This document shows positions 39,626 through 52,788 of a DNA stretch of 64,000 nt, piece after piece (position 1 is the first letter of the stretch; every line of letters starts with the position of its first letter). The position numbers and the translations under genes were made by a program. A model generated the notes under the pieces. That model had not been told where the DNA came from. It did not search any database and saw only the letters and a list, made by a program, of their open reading frames with translations. The DNA is from Camelus ferus (Eukaryota), in the NCBI RefSeq assembly GCF_009834535.1, contig NC_045696.1, positions 48,610,001 to 48,674,000 of the forward strand, written 5' to 3'.

Positions 39626-40499
39626 AAACAAAACTATAGAAATATAAAATTTAATGGTGAAATTTCAGAGGCATGATCATTAGGTGAGGAGAGGAAAAGA
39701 CTGCCAGAGGTCATTATTTCTATTCAGTTCTGTTACTAGAAGTCCTAACTAATCCAAGAAAACAACAAAAGTGAGGAAAGAAAAGCCCAAAATGTCCTTG
39801 TTTGGAATCAGTGGGGAAAAGGTATCACGATAATCACCGTTCATCGTTCTTTCAAGTGAGCTGGGGATTTGTGCTGCCATTTCGCAGATTTGTCTGTAGC
39901 ACTAGAATACCTAAGAATCCTGGGGGACAAAGCAGACTTTGCTTTTCCACTCTTTTCACTTCTCTTATGCGCTCTGTTGGCATGTTTTCCCCATCATTCA
40001 CCTCACTCTGACTTCAGTTCCCTGACTAGAGTAAATTGTAGAGTTCTATTACCATCGGAATTGGCATTCTTCTGTTAAATTATTATATTTGAGGGACATA
40101 GGAATCATTGCTTTAATTTATGCCATTGCAGTAAATATAAGTACGTTAAATCAACACTTCACATTCTAAAAGCAATGTATTTTTAAAATGTAATACATTT
40201 ATGGCTTCAGATATTAATGGCATATTTATATCCCCATTTTAATCAAAGTATAGCACAGCACATCTCTTCAGCAGTTGAGATGACCGCAAAGTAAGTCTAA
40301 GTCAATAACTCGGCAATAATTAACTTAAGGAGTAGAAACTGAGCTTGGAACAGTACTGGGAAACTGGATGTTGAGCTCCTGAAGGGCGTGTGTACTTAAG
40401 CTGTGACAGCCCTTACTCTTTCCATAAATATAAGGAATGATATTTTGGGTGCTTTGAAAATGCCCAAGTATGTCCAAGTATGGCCACATTGTTCTGGAG

Positions 40500-40930
40500 T
40501 TTGGTAATTGGTAGAAACTAGGTCTGCCTCTATGCTTAGCTTTGTGGTCCTGGACAGCTCATTTCACTTATCTGGCCCTCAGTTTCCTCTCCCTATAATA
40601 TGATTAGATTAAATTAGCTGGTCGTACAAATGGTTTCCATTTCTGAAATCCCTTTAGTAGACACAAAATGATGATATCTGCTATTTATCAAATATGTTTT
40701 ATGTATCTATCATGATGCTAAATGTGTTACCTGCATTGTTTCATTAAATAATTACCTCACTTCTCTGAGGAAGAAGTTATAACTCCAATTTTATAGATGA
40801 GGAAACAAAGGCATAGAGAGATAAACTAACTGGACAAAGTCACATAGTTATAAAATTACAAAGGCAGAATTCAAATCATGGTCATCTTGAGTCTAAAATC
40901 TTTCGTCTTATTCACTATGTTATTCTACAA
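40500..40930. mobile_element. Two MIR fragments in opposite orientations
   Basis: CCTCAGTTTCCTCTCCCTATAA, and TTTTATAGATGAGGAAACAAAGGCATAGAGAG...CAAAGTCACATAG. Confidence 0.7.
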
Positions 40931-41149
40931 ACATTCGGCTTTAATTGTGCTGATTTAGTAAATGTAATTACCCCAATTATCCAGTTAGTCTAAATTGTCC
41001 CATCCAGGGCTATACCATATCCCCAGGAGACAATAACTTTAATAGTGCTACTGCAACCAGCTGTCAGTATTAATCTTCCCATCTCTGACCAAACCTGAAG
41101 TGATGGTGATATGTACATCCAAGCCTGAAAAAGCCTATTTCCTTTTGCT

Positions 41150-41370
41150 ACTAGATTTGTGTCTCTATCATAATATGCATACACAACCTAACATACTATG
41201 CCATGTGTTTATTTACTAAGCTTACTATTACCTGTATGTCCGGTAAAATATGTTTGACAGGGCAAAGATATTTGTCTGTCTTATTTACTGAAACCCTAGT
41301 TCTCAGAACAATACTTGGTACATAATAGATGTCCAACAGATATTTAATAAATTAAAGAACAAATGATTAA
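41150..41370 (+). mobile_element. L2 3' end
   Basis: GACAGGGCAAAGATATTTGTCTGTCTTATTTACTG...AGAACAATACTTGGTACATAATAGATG. Confidence 0.65.
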
Positions 41371-43610
41371 GGTAGATGTTTATATTGAAGGTTATATGCA
41401 TGCATGACTGAATTACGTGATTGAATTAGAGTTACACATAGGTTTACTGTTTTAGAACATGTAAATAGTTTTCTTTCCAATCATTTTCAATAAACCTTGT
41501 CTTATTCACAAGCCTTGAGTTGAACTGTAAAGATACAGAATAGGTTCTGATGTTTATAACAGTAACTGGGTAGATCATACAAGCAGATCTCTTACTTCAG
41601 AGTGTTTACCTAGGTTGAAGGATTATCTTTTCTGTCTGCTTATTCTACATGTTACACCTGGATCCCTCACAGTTTAAAAGTTAAGGTTAGTGGCCTAGCA
41701 GACCTGGAAATATACCATTCAGACAACTTACTTTAATCATGTAATAACCATTTAAAGTGTTTTTGCTGATTGGTTCTAAATTGGAGTCAACTTATTTCAA
41801 ATTATCTCTCTTTCTGTGGAGCTTCATGTGGGACGGCATATTACAGGTTTTTCAATTTCCCAATTTAGTCACAACATTGCCAATGATGCCTATTATCTAA
41901 TTAAGTATACTTGAGCCAGACCAAATACAATCTTTGTTTTGAAGGCATAACCGTGTTGCTCACCAAGCTCAAAGAATAAAGCCTCTTTAACTTGCTGCTG
42001 TTTTAGTTTGGGAGCTAATGACAACCAACGCAAAATAATCCATCAGTAATCAGTCACCATCTTTGCAAGCAGCTTGTACCTTCCAAGAAATCAAAATCCA
42101 TAATTTTGTTGTAAACTTTACTTTCCCACCTTAATTTGGATTATTTCTGAACATTTGATTTTTCCTTTACCAAAGGCTTGATATGCAACTATGAAAACCC
42201 AATTAACGTTAGTTTAATTGACTTGTGTGGATTGAGTTAAATTTTCTGTACCAAATGTGTCTCACTAACATAGATGAGCACAGAGGAAGGAGACAGGAAA
42301 TGGCTACATGCTCAGGGGCCTGACAGGCTCACATAGAGTTGTGGTGGTGTGTGATATCTGTGGTTGGAGAAGCCCTTGCCACAAAGAGCCTGAGTTATTC
42401 TATGGTCTCTTTATATTTGATAAACCTTCACCAAGTGCATTTGAATAATAGACCACACTAGATGGCCTAAAATCTGCAGTGATTCTTATCACTAGGGGAT
42501 GAAAGATATTTCATTTTAAGAAAATGGTACATCAAATTTCAGCTCCATCTCTCTTGAGGATTTTCAACAGGAATGCCATCGCCAGTTATCTCAAAGATGA
42601 TACAAAAAGAAGGTAGGAAAGTACCTGGACCTGGTCCAGTAAGACTCTGGTGCCATTTTATAAGCTGGATTCTGTATCTTTATTTGCTCTTGGTTTTGGC
42701 TCAAAGGCTTGACTCATTGCAAATTTACCATTTTAGGATTTTCTCATTGCCAGTGATTTCATTATGAAGTCCTTTAAAAATTGTCTATGATATCCTACAT
42801 ACGTCTTCTAATCCAGAAAGAAAATTCTTCATGGTTTCTTTTCAGCATCACCTCCAAGTTTCTTCTCCCCTACTTCCTCCAAGGTCTTCCTGCCAATATT
42901 AAAAACAAAAACAAAAACAACACATACAAAACAATATAGAGATTGGTGTTTATTCTTAAAGAATGGTTAGCCCACCAAATACAAAGCATAAGCACAGGGT
43001 GTAAATAGAGTAAACACTGAACATAAAGAATCTCCAACCGTTCATCACTGTGGATTAGCAGCAACAACAGCAAAAGTCACTTACCAAGCCCTTTATTCTG
43101 AGATACCTTTGCTGGCAAAGAGTTGAAACTTTTCATAGAACTTTAAAGGAAATATGGAACATTAAAAATGTTATCTCAAAATTGTGCTACTGTTTACTAA
43201 AAAATAATGCCATGAGTCAAAATTAAGTTTTGACCCCAGCCAGTTAGCACAGTCTAGGAGCAAGAGTGTCTCAACCAGCGGCACTAGGTGAAGGCAGTGC
43301 CGTCTTGTGCAAGACTCTTGCTGAGTCCTGGTTGCCTGAACAGAAATACTAAACCCACCCGCCACGGTTATTGTAAAAAAAATTTTTTAAGACCATAGAC
43401 GATATGCAATAAATCTACCTAATATTACCAATTAAATTAAATTTGAAGTAAAAAGAAATTCATATATTGTGAAATTGAGTGGATATAGGTGAATCATTCA
43501 TCAAATTTAACATGTTTCCCAGTGGAATTTCACGGAAAGGAGCCCCAACAAGCTCATCCTTCTGAGAATACTTTCTCATACTGTTTTTTCTCACGTGCTC
43601 TTCCTCTCAG

Positions 43611-43786
43611 ACCATTCTTCTGTCTTTACGTTGGTTGGCACAAGACTGCCATTATCTATGTTTTCTACAACCAGTCCTTCTGGTTACCAGGACAGACAGT
43701 TTATGACTACATGACTGGAGACTCTCAAGGCAAAGTAGAGAACAAGAATTGCAGAATTGCAGGCTTATCATGTGCCAGGAGCCAAC
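43611..43786 (+). other. Candidate internal exon (176 nt)
   Basis: Long pyrimidine tract and TTCCTCTCAG| acceptor, donor AAC|GTAAGC; one open frame, inside the 128-aa ORF 43489-43875. Confidence 0.4.
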
Positions 43787-45878
43787 GTAAGCGTTTGTTG
43801 TCTATACAGCACCTTCATCATGTACTTCGTACTTATAGACGAAGGTGTCTGAGAATGACGCTAAAAATTCTTTAGTCACCCTGGGCTAGGCGTAACACGT
43901 TATCTCAATGTATAATTGGAGACATAGGAGAAAGATAAAGTGTTATTTTATTTTTAATAAACATGTTTTTAATTTTACTAAAAATAACATTTAATTTTCC
44001 TCCATTAAAAAATGGTGAAAGATGGGATAGTTTCCCCTAAAGAGAACACATGCTGGGCACTTAGAGAGATGCATTCTGTAAATTGTGGGCCTGAGGGCAG
44101 AGATGACCTTCAGCCATCATTAGCACTTTGCCCTGTGTGTGCTGTGGAATGTTCAATAAATATTAGCAAATGAAAAAGTAAATGAAAACTGATCACTAGA
44201 TTCTGAAGGAAAGTTTATGGACTTACACTGGCACCAGAACAGAAGTTACATGTAATCAACAAGCATCAGTTAAAAATTTTTCCTGAGAATCCAAATGTTA
44301 ATGACACCAGGACCCACTCACACTATCTCTCTGGACTCAGTCTAGGACAGGAATTGCACGCAGTCGGTGTCGATTGAAGGTTCTCAGCTTGTATGTATTT
44401 TTAGAAGGAAACAGGAACCAGCAAGGTACAAAGATAAAATGTTTTTATTCAGGTTTTCTTATGGGCTTATAGAAAGGTCACATTCATTTGGAAGCATTTC
44501 AAGCTTCTAGAGACAGTCATTCATGTTACCATTTGGAAAAACTATAAGAAAAATATATCAAGGAGAAGAAAAAAATCTTGCCAGTGGCAATCCTTTCAAA
44601 ATCTGATCACAAATGTCATAGTACTGTTGGACTAGTGGAATATGCCGCATTTGAAGTGCCAAAAATTAAAAAAGAAAGACTAGATTTATAAGTGAGTCAC
44701 GGAGGTAGACTCTTAATCATTTACATACCTAGTCTGAGGATTTTCACTTGCAACACAGCACGTCAGCTTTTCCTATCACTAGGGAGCCCAGAGATTCCCT
44801 GCTGAATAATTAAAACATTTTTAGATGCCCCAAACCACAGAAACCTCCTATGAAGAAAGGCATGAATACAGGGGTGTAAATGTGAGCCTGTGGTCACAAA
44901 GTGAGCCCAGGTGATTTTAATGGGTGAGAATTTAAAAAAACATGATCATTTCAGCCCTGCAAGCCAGGGTGTTCTCAGTGCTCAGTGATTTATCTAAATC
45001 AAGGGGGAAAATGGAAACAAGAGCTCTTTTCAAAGAAGCATTTCTGACTTATCAGGAGCAGCCCCACAGGTCAGGTGAAAATTCCCATAATGGTTTCCTG
45101 TTAAAGAATTACCCTTGCTGTCCCACAAACTTAATTACATTTAAAGATAGCACATCAAAAAAAGCATGATGGTGGGGAGTTTTTGTATCTCTTAAACAGA
45201 GTGTAGTGTCCACCACAGCGTGCTTCTTTGGTCTTTACCACCACTTGCCATGGAAGGGGACCCTTTGCAAATGCTGACAGCCCTCTACGTGCAGAGAACC
45301 CGTGCCCTGCAGCATCCAAGAGGCGGCAATATTCATCCATGCCCTGGTCCGATTCTGCACATCCTAGAATCCTGGCTGTGATTTCAGCCCCAGAGGCTCA
45401 GCTCAGAATGGGCAGACTCTAATGTGATGTTAAAATCCCTTCTGTCATGTTTTGTGAAGTTTACAGATCACCCCTAGATTGTGAAAATCTAAGCTCCTTA
45501 GTGAAGAAATGTAAATAATCTTTTGCCTATCCCTCAACCATGATTTAAAAAATCTAGCAGTAATTGTATCCAAGAGGCTCAAGTTTCAGCAAGCTCCTTC
45601 ACAGTCCATGAAGCTGATGATGCAAACACACGTACACACAGGAAGCAGTAGCTGGAGTGAAAGAAAAAAATAGTTTTCTTCCCTAAATACTAAATGGTAT
45701 TTTTTTTAGTGTTCACCCCTTCCCTAAAACAAAAGAAATTTTTTAAAAAATCAACTGGTTATTTGCTTTAAAGACAGTGTGAAAAAATCCTCCATGCCGT
45801 GGAAGGTAAAATTATTTAACTGGAAGAAGTAGGAAGAACATGTAGATTGCATAAGTAATTTGGCTACTTTGTGTGCTG

Positions 45879-45882
45879 TACA

Positions 45883-45914
<32 letters not shown>
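45879..45914. repeat. (CA)n microsatellite
   Basis: About 14 CA units. Confidence 0.95.
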
Positions 45915-45915
<1 letters not shown>

Positions 45916-45939
45916 GCATGTTCATAAGAAAATAAACAA

Positions 45940-48900
45940 TATTCATAATATTATAGTCCTCATTTCTATGACTAATTACATAGTCATAGGCTATACTTAA
46001 CAACTACATTCTCCCAGTATCCATTACATATTCCCTTTGCCCTCAGCAAGCATCTCGGCTGGTTATGGATTCTTCGCCTGTTGGGCTGACCTAGACCTTT
46101 ATTCCTGAAGAGCCTGGATCATTAGCAGTCCTGCTTGAATTGGGTTGTTGTAGTTTCCAACTAACTTTAATCACAGGATGCGGTTATACTAAAGGACACC
46201 CTAAGGGTTCGGCTGTGAATCAGACGTATTCTTCCTTATCACCTTTTGTAGTAAGAGCCCAGCTTTCCCTTGGTATTCAGGATCAATTATCCCAGCAAGT
46301 ACATGAACTCCCTTCTTTGCCTGTTGATTCAGAGACATGAAGAGCTCAAAATGGATGGGTGGCAGTCTTAATTACCAGTTCAATGGAATCACCGTGTCTC
46401 CTGGCGGAAGCATCCCTCCCTTTGAAACTAAGACCTCTAGACCAGCAGAGCATAAGGCTGTGGGGAAAAGAAGCACAAATGTTGCTTGTGGATCAGTAGG
46501 GGAATAGTGAGTGGTCCCACTTCCATTACACTTCTTGACTCCTGATCCTGTGAGTCCTGTCTGTGGCAGAAACACTATCATACATTAGCCACAGATTTAG
46601 AGTAAACCTGAAAGATATCACCACCTGATGGCACTGAAAATGAGTCTTCAAAAGGCCATACCAACATTTTACCATCTTCATACCATCATCAGGCCAGCTG
46701 CTTCAGGATGTTGGAAATGTTGTAAGATCAGTGAATTTTCATGGGCCCATTGCTACACTTCATTTGCTATGAAATGAGATCCTTGATCAGAAGCAATGCT
46801 GTGTGGGTTACCTGATGCTGATGTTGGATAAGGCATTATGTGTAAGTGCACAGATAACAGTTTGGCAGAAGCATTGCATTTGGGGAAAGGAAATTTGTAT
46901 CCAGAACAAGTGTCTCTTCCAGTAAGAAGAAACTGGTGCCCTTTCCTTGATGGAAGAGGCTCAGTGTAATCCACTTGCCCCCAACTGGGTGGCTGGATCA
47001 TTCCAGGAACCACTGCCACATCAGGGACTCAGTGTTGAGTCCCTGCTCAACTCAGTGTTGGTCTCTGCTGAGCATTCAACAGCAGCCATTGGTCGGCCTT
47101 GGTGAATGGAAGCCTGCTGTTGCTGAGCTCGTACAGAATCTCCATCCCTGGCACTTTATTAATGAACCCACTGGGTGATGACAGGAGTGGCTGGGGAAAG
47201 AGCCCCACTCATATCCACAGAATGAGCCATCCTATCCACTTGATTATTAAAGTTTGTCTCTGCTTAGTGAATTCAGATAGGACGAAATATCTTCACTTTT
47301 TTTTTTGCCCATTCAGGGAGGTCTATTTGCATGAGTCACCACAGACCTCCTTGTCACCAATTTTCCAATTATATTCCTTTTAAACCCCTTACTATCAAGC
47401 CAAATCATTGACAACAGCTTACTGAGCGCTATGGACATGCACTTCTCAACATTTGCCTTTCCAAACAAAATGAACAACAAGGTACACTGCTCCAAGTCCT
47501 GTCCACTGAGAGAATTTCACCTCACCTCTGTCCTCTAGGGATGTCCCAGGAAGGAGATGCAATGCTGCAGCTGTACACTTTCAGGTGGTGCTTGCATGTT
47601 GTATATAACCATCTGTAAACCAGGTCCAAGAATTCTCTTCCTCAGTTGACTGGTAGTAGGTAACCTCTCTTGGAGCCATAGACGTGGGCTGGGACAGAAA
47701 GGTACATAGCAGAAGTAGGTGTCATGGCATTTGGGCCACTTTCTCATGTTACTTAGCCTTCAGTCCCTGCTCAAGATTAAGACTCTTGACTATAGCCTCT
47801 TCCATTTAATAATACAGTAGTGCTACACACACCTAACTAAACATAAAACACCTAACTTTATGTTTAGTGTATCAGACAATACTCAGTTTATGATGGGAAG
47901 TTCAAGTCACATGGTAATTTGGCGGTCCATGGTTAAGCGGTCAGTCTCTAATAAGGCCCACTAGCAAACAAAAAGCTGTTTCTCAAAAGGAGAATCATTA
48001 TCCACCAAGGATGGTAAGGCTTCTGTCCAAAGTCCAAGGATCTGAGCTGCGACTCGTCTACAGAAACCTGCCAAAGGCCTTATGGCATCTCTATATGCCA
48101 GTGACACTTCAAGAACCATCAGATCTATTGGATCCTTTGAACAAGTGATAGAGTGGCTTGCATGGCATCCTGGACCATTGCTGATCCTTCTCTTCTTCTG
48201 AGCCCCACTCAAAGCTGGCAACTTTTGGGGTCACTTGGTAACCACTAACACCCAGTAGAACACCCACATGAGGAATAGGTTGCTGCCAAAATCCAAAGAA
48301 GTCCACCTGACATTAAGCTTTGTCTTTTGTTGTACAAGGAGCTAAATATAACAACATATCCTTCATGCTAGAAGAAATGTTTCAACAAACCCCGTTCAGC
48401 CATACCCCCTAGACATTTCACTGAAGTGGAAGATCCTAAAGCTTCTGTTGGATTTATCTCCCACCCCTGACACACAAATGACTTGCTAATATGCTACAGT
48501 AGTTACTACTTCTGCTCACTAGATTCAGTTAGCGTAACAATGTAATGGATGATTAGGTTGTTTTGTCAAAGGGAAAAATGATCAAGTTCTCTGGAAATTA
48601 AACTCTGACAGGATAGGCAGTTAATTTATTCTTCAGTGAAGGTATATTGCTGGTCTTACCAGCTGATAGCAAACTTCTCTGGTGGTCATTAGTAAAAAGT
48701 ATTTTCCAGATCAGTAGCTGCATGCCAGGTACCAGGAGGTGTTTTAATTTGCTCCAGCAATGAAATCATATCTGAAATAGCAACTGTAATTAAGCGTCAT
48801 CATTAGGTTAAGTTTGTAATAATCCACTGCAATTCTCCAAGATTCTTTTTTTTTCCATACAGATCAAATAGATGTTGTGGGAATCACCCCCTTGGATATT

Positions 48901-51108
48901 TCAAGCCCTTGATGGTGGCACTTATCTTTGCAGTCCAATCAGGAATGCGGTATTGCTTTTGGTTTAATATTTTTTCCAAGTACAGGCAGTTCTACTGGCT
49001 TCCACTTGACCTTTTCTATCATAAAAGCCCTTATTTCAAAAGTCAGGGAAGCCACGTGGGGATTCTGTCAGATGCTAAGTATGTCTATTCCAATGATCTA
49101 TTCTGGAACCTGGGAAATAAACATAGAACAAGTTCAGAGACCTGCTGGACCCACTGAGAAACTGATCTAAGCTGAAATGCCAGTGATCATCTAATCTCTG
49201 TAAGCCCCTACTCTGACTAGTGGACCACAGTGACATTTTGGGTCTCATGAAATTAGAGTTAGTTCAAAGGCAATGTCCAGTAATCCATGGAAGTTCTGAT
49301 TATTCTCCTTCCTCCTGAACTGTCAGCCTGATAAAAGGCCAGAGGTCCCTTTGGTGAAAGCTAAAAGAAAGATTAACACTGTAATTTTTGGCAGTGAAGC
49401 AAGTTCCTTCAAGGGAACCCTGCCTCTTCTTCATTAAAGGGATTCTGAGTCTGTAAATTGTCTCAAGTCTAGGAATGAATTGAGCGTCAGTGACTTTGGT
49501 TTTATGATTTAGATTAGACTTCTGTTCACTTGACCTAGAACTCTTCTGCTGATACATATAAGAATTTGGTGGACTGAACATCTAGTTGACTTCTAAGTAA
49601 TCCCTGATTAACTAGCCAATGCCATAGGTCTCTGTGAGTCAGACTAATCTGATCCCTGCTTTGACTCTGCTGTCCATTGTAGTAACCAGTTCACCTGGTC
49701 TTTGTTGATTAAGTGCTGCATCTTGGTCTCTGTCATCTGAAATCCAATTATTTGCATCACATTTAAATTTTCCAGTTCAGTGATAGCAGTTCTCACTGTG
49801 ATTTCTCCAGAGAAGAACAAACACAGAGCACTTCCTGGATCCTGGGGCTTCTCCCACGAATGCGTTCCTCACAGTGTGGTAAAGGTAAGTTCTCTGGACT
49901 CTTCTAGGTAAATAAGCACGGCTTACATGATGAACCCTCTTTAACATCACAGTCTCCTTAAACCTTTGGGTACCTCAGGATACCAAGACAGTCCTGGCAC
50001 TTGAATTTCATTTAATGTAGACTAGCTCTGGGTCCATGTTTCACCCACCAAACAAACTATTAGGACTTTCTGCAACCCCTCAAGCTGCAGCATCAAATCT
50101 AGAATCTCCACTAAGTGGGTGTAGATCAATAAATTTGGTTTGATCCAACTTTATATCTCTTCCACTATTATCTCACATCCTTAATATCCATTCCCAAACA
50201 TATTTCCTAGATTTCTGTTTATATAAATTAAAAAACAAACAAGCAAAAAACTCATGCAGTTCTTTGGGAAGGTAATGTATCTGCTCGTGAGTCTCAACTT
50301 GTACCTCATCTTTAGGAGCATTCTGGGACTTGAGTAGTTATGGGTATAGAAACAAAGAAGGGTGGTGGGAGTGGGTCCAGATGAGAGTCAGTAGTATCTG
50401 GCAAAGCAGCTTCCTCGGGGAGGCCATTAAAGTTTCCTCAGGCAAAGCAGTGTTAATCTCCCCAGGCAGGGGTGGGAGGGCAGCTTCTCTTGGCTTGGAA
50501 GACTCAGTAGAATTTAAGAGTTCAAGATCCACTGCTTCATCAGGATATGCCCAGTTGTCTCCCTTCCAGTTCTAAGGAAGCCATTTCTTCACAATCAATA
50601 TCCTCACTTTAATAGCAGGTACCCTATGAGGTCGGGAATTCAATTTGTTTTATAATTCAGCCAATCACTTGATGAGGCTCTAGACTCAGTTTTCAGCAAT
50701 GTCAGTGCTGAGGTTATGGGAGATAAGGGTTTCTCACAGGACATGCATAACAACCTTCAGGTCATTTATGTGAAATGGAAATCTGAAACTCTGAGCTCAG
50801 CATTTTCTTTTTCCAGTGCAGTTAGGAGCTACTAACCAATCTTATGATACTTCTAAGTTTGATTAAAATGCTCTAAAGTATCTAATAGATGATCACTCAT
50901 AACTCTGCCTTTTACAGGTATTTGATTAGAAGTAGCCAGTGGTGATATTGTCAGCTCTATTGCCACATCATGGCATGGACTGCCAGTTCCCGCTTGACCA
51001 CTGAGAAAGTGCCTTTAAATCTAAATCTAATTGAATTAGAGAAAACCACTTCCAGAAAACTTATCCTTAAGACTCTGTTCCTCAGAAACCATTCTCAATA
51101 CCAAAATT
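45940..51108 (-). mobile_element. ERV-L (MLT2-int/HERV-L-like) internal region: decayed gag, pol (RT/RNase H/integrase) and dUTPase, no env
   Basis: Integrase remnant WGQVDYTEPLP...LLTGRDTCSGY...PHSIASDQGSHF (46753-47019); dUTPase LCSAGLEVLVSKGGMLPPGDTVIPLNW (46372-46581); pol remnant DPIDLMVLEVS...SPFEKQL (47961-48221); gag remnant (50338-50532); PBS-like TTTTGGTATTGAGAATGG next to the LTR; many stops and frameshifts. Confidence 0.92.
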
Positions 51109-51200
51109 TTTATCAATCAGGGTTCTACAGAGAAGAAACAGACCCAGTAGAAGGACATATTTATATCTATAGCTACAGCTATGTCTACTTCATCTATATA
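51109..51200 (-). mobile_element. 3' end of the 5' MLT2 LTR of the ERV-L provirus
   Basis: ATCAATCAGGGTTCTACAGAGAAGAAACAGACCCAGTAG is the MLT2 terminus (reverse complement) abutting the PBS. Confidence 0.8.
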
Positions 51201-51211
51201 AAGAAAGATCA

Positions 51212-51687
51212 AAACCAACAACATAACACCATTTGCAGCAACATGGATGCTCCTGGAGAATGTCATTCTAAGTGAAGTAAGCCAGAAAGAGAAAGAAAAA
51301 TACCATATGAGATCGCTTATATGTGGAATCTAAAAAGAAAAACAAAAACAAACAAACAAACAAAGCATAAATACAGAACAGAAATAGACTCATAGACATA
51401 GAATACAGACTTGTGGTTGTCAAGGGGGCTGGGGGGTGGGAAGAGACAGACTGGGATTTCAAAATTGTAGAATAGATAAACAAGTTTATACTGTATAGTA
51501 CAGGGAAATATATACAAGATCTTACGGTAGCTCACAGAGAAAGGAATGTGACAATGAATATATATATGTTCATGTATAATTGAAAAATTGTGCTCTACAC
51601 TGGAATTTGACACAACATTGTAAAATGATTATAAATCAATAAAAAAAGTTTAAAAAAAAACAAATAAATGCTTAGAAAGAAAAAAAA
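51212..51687 (+). mobile_element. Young camelid L1 (ORF2 end plus 3'UTR), 5'-truncated
   Basis: CCATTTGCAGCAACATGGATG...AAGTGAAGTAAGCCAG...A-tail; TSD AAA(G/C)AAAGATCA (51200-51211 and 51688-51699). Confidence 0.92.
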
Positions 51688-52484
51688 AAACAAAGATCAT
51701 ATTTCCTCCCTTTTATCACATGTGAGAGGGAACAACAAAGTAATAAAAGGACAAGAGCTCCAACAAGAGTTTGAAAGTTTCCCACAGGTAAACAAGTACA
51801 GTCTTCTTTCGGAGAAAATCTAGCTAATTATTGGTAATTAAGTGAGAATTCTACAATATCAGTAATCATCAATTACCAAAAGCAAACATGGGTAACATAA
51901 TCAGACTTTTTGTTTGTTTTGTCAATGTTTTGTTTTCCTTTTAAATGCCAGGAAGGGTGTGATGAGTGGCCATAAATAGTCAAGATAATTAACACATCTC
52001 TACAGAAAGACTGGTAGAAGAAAGTGAACCTTTTTCTGTGAATGAAAAGCTCTGTAAGAAAGTAAGCAGTAATAATAACACTTGGCTTTTAATGATAATT
52101 AGCATTTTAAAGTTTTTATTATATTCTTGGCACCATGCTAGGGACCAAGTATTAAGAGAACCTTATTTCATCCCAAAAGCAACTTCAAATACTAGGTTTT
52201 TAAAGGGCAATCAGAGCTTGTTCAATTCAAAGGCTGAGTTTATTCCTTCATAAAAGTACTACACATTTTATTATTTAATGAGAGCATACATTTGAACTGT
52301 CTTGCTAGCTACATTTAAAAAAATAACATAACTTATGTTGTAAAACAAACAAGTATATAGTTATTCGGATAGAGTTGTATTTTTAAGTAATTTAAATTGC
52401 TAAAACTTTAACAATCTTCTAACCCACTTACCTACTTCTATCCAACCCATCTAGCCTGTATTCTTTTCTTTAGAACATTTGAAT

Positions 52485-52638
52485 CCATGGGTTTGTAATC
52501 TGTGTAATCACATGGGGCCCAGTGGTTAGAATGGTCTCTCACTTGGTTTATGCTCAGCTTGAAATTTTTATTAATATTTGGACAAGAGCCTGGCATATTC
52601 ATTTTCCACTGGATACCACAAATTATGTATCCGGTCCT
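52485..52638 (+). mobile_element. MER53 non-autonomous DNA transposon
   Basis: CATGGG...CTTGAAATTTTTATTAATATTTGGACAAG...TTCATTTTCCACTGGATACCACAAATTATGTATCCGGTCCT matches the MER53 layout. Confidence 0.75.
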
Positions 52639-52788
52639 ACTTGTCTCCATCTGAAATTCCCTAGTTTACTCTAATAATGTTTATATTTTGTCTTCCCTAC
52701 TAGAATGTAATCTTTGTAAGAATAGAGCAGTTTTTTTCTATCTTGTATACTGAAGTAAATAGTAAGTGCTCAAAAAATGTTTCTTGGT

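Noticed and set aside
46372..50575. ERV-L ORF fragments as a domesticated gene (Fv1-like gag or dUTPase)
   Set aside because: Fragments are under 100 aa with frequent stops and frameshifts
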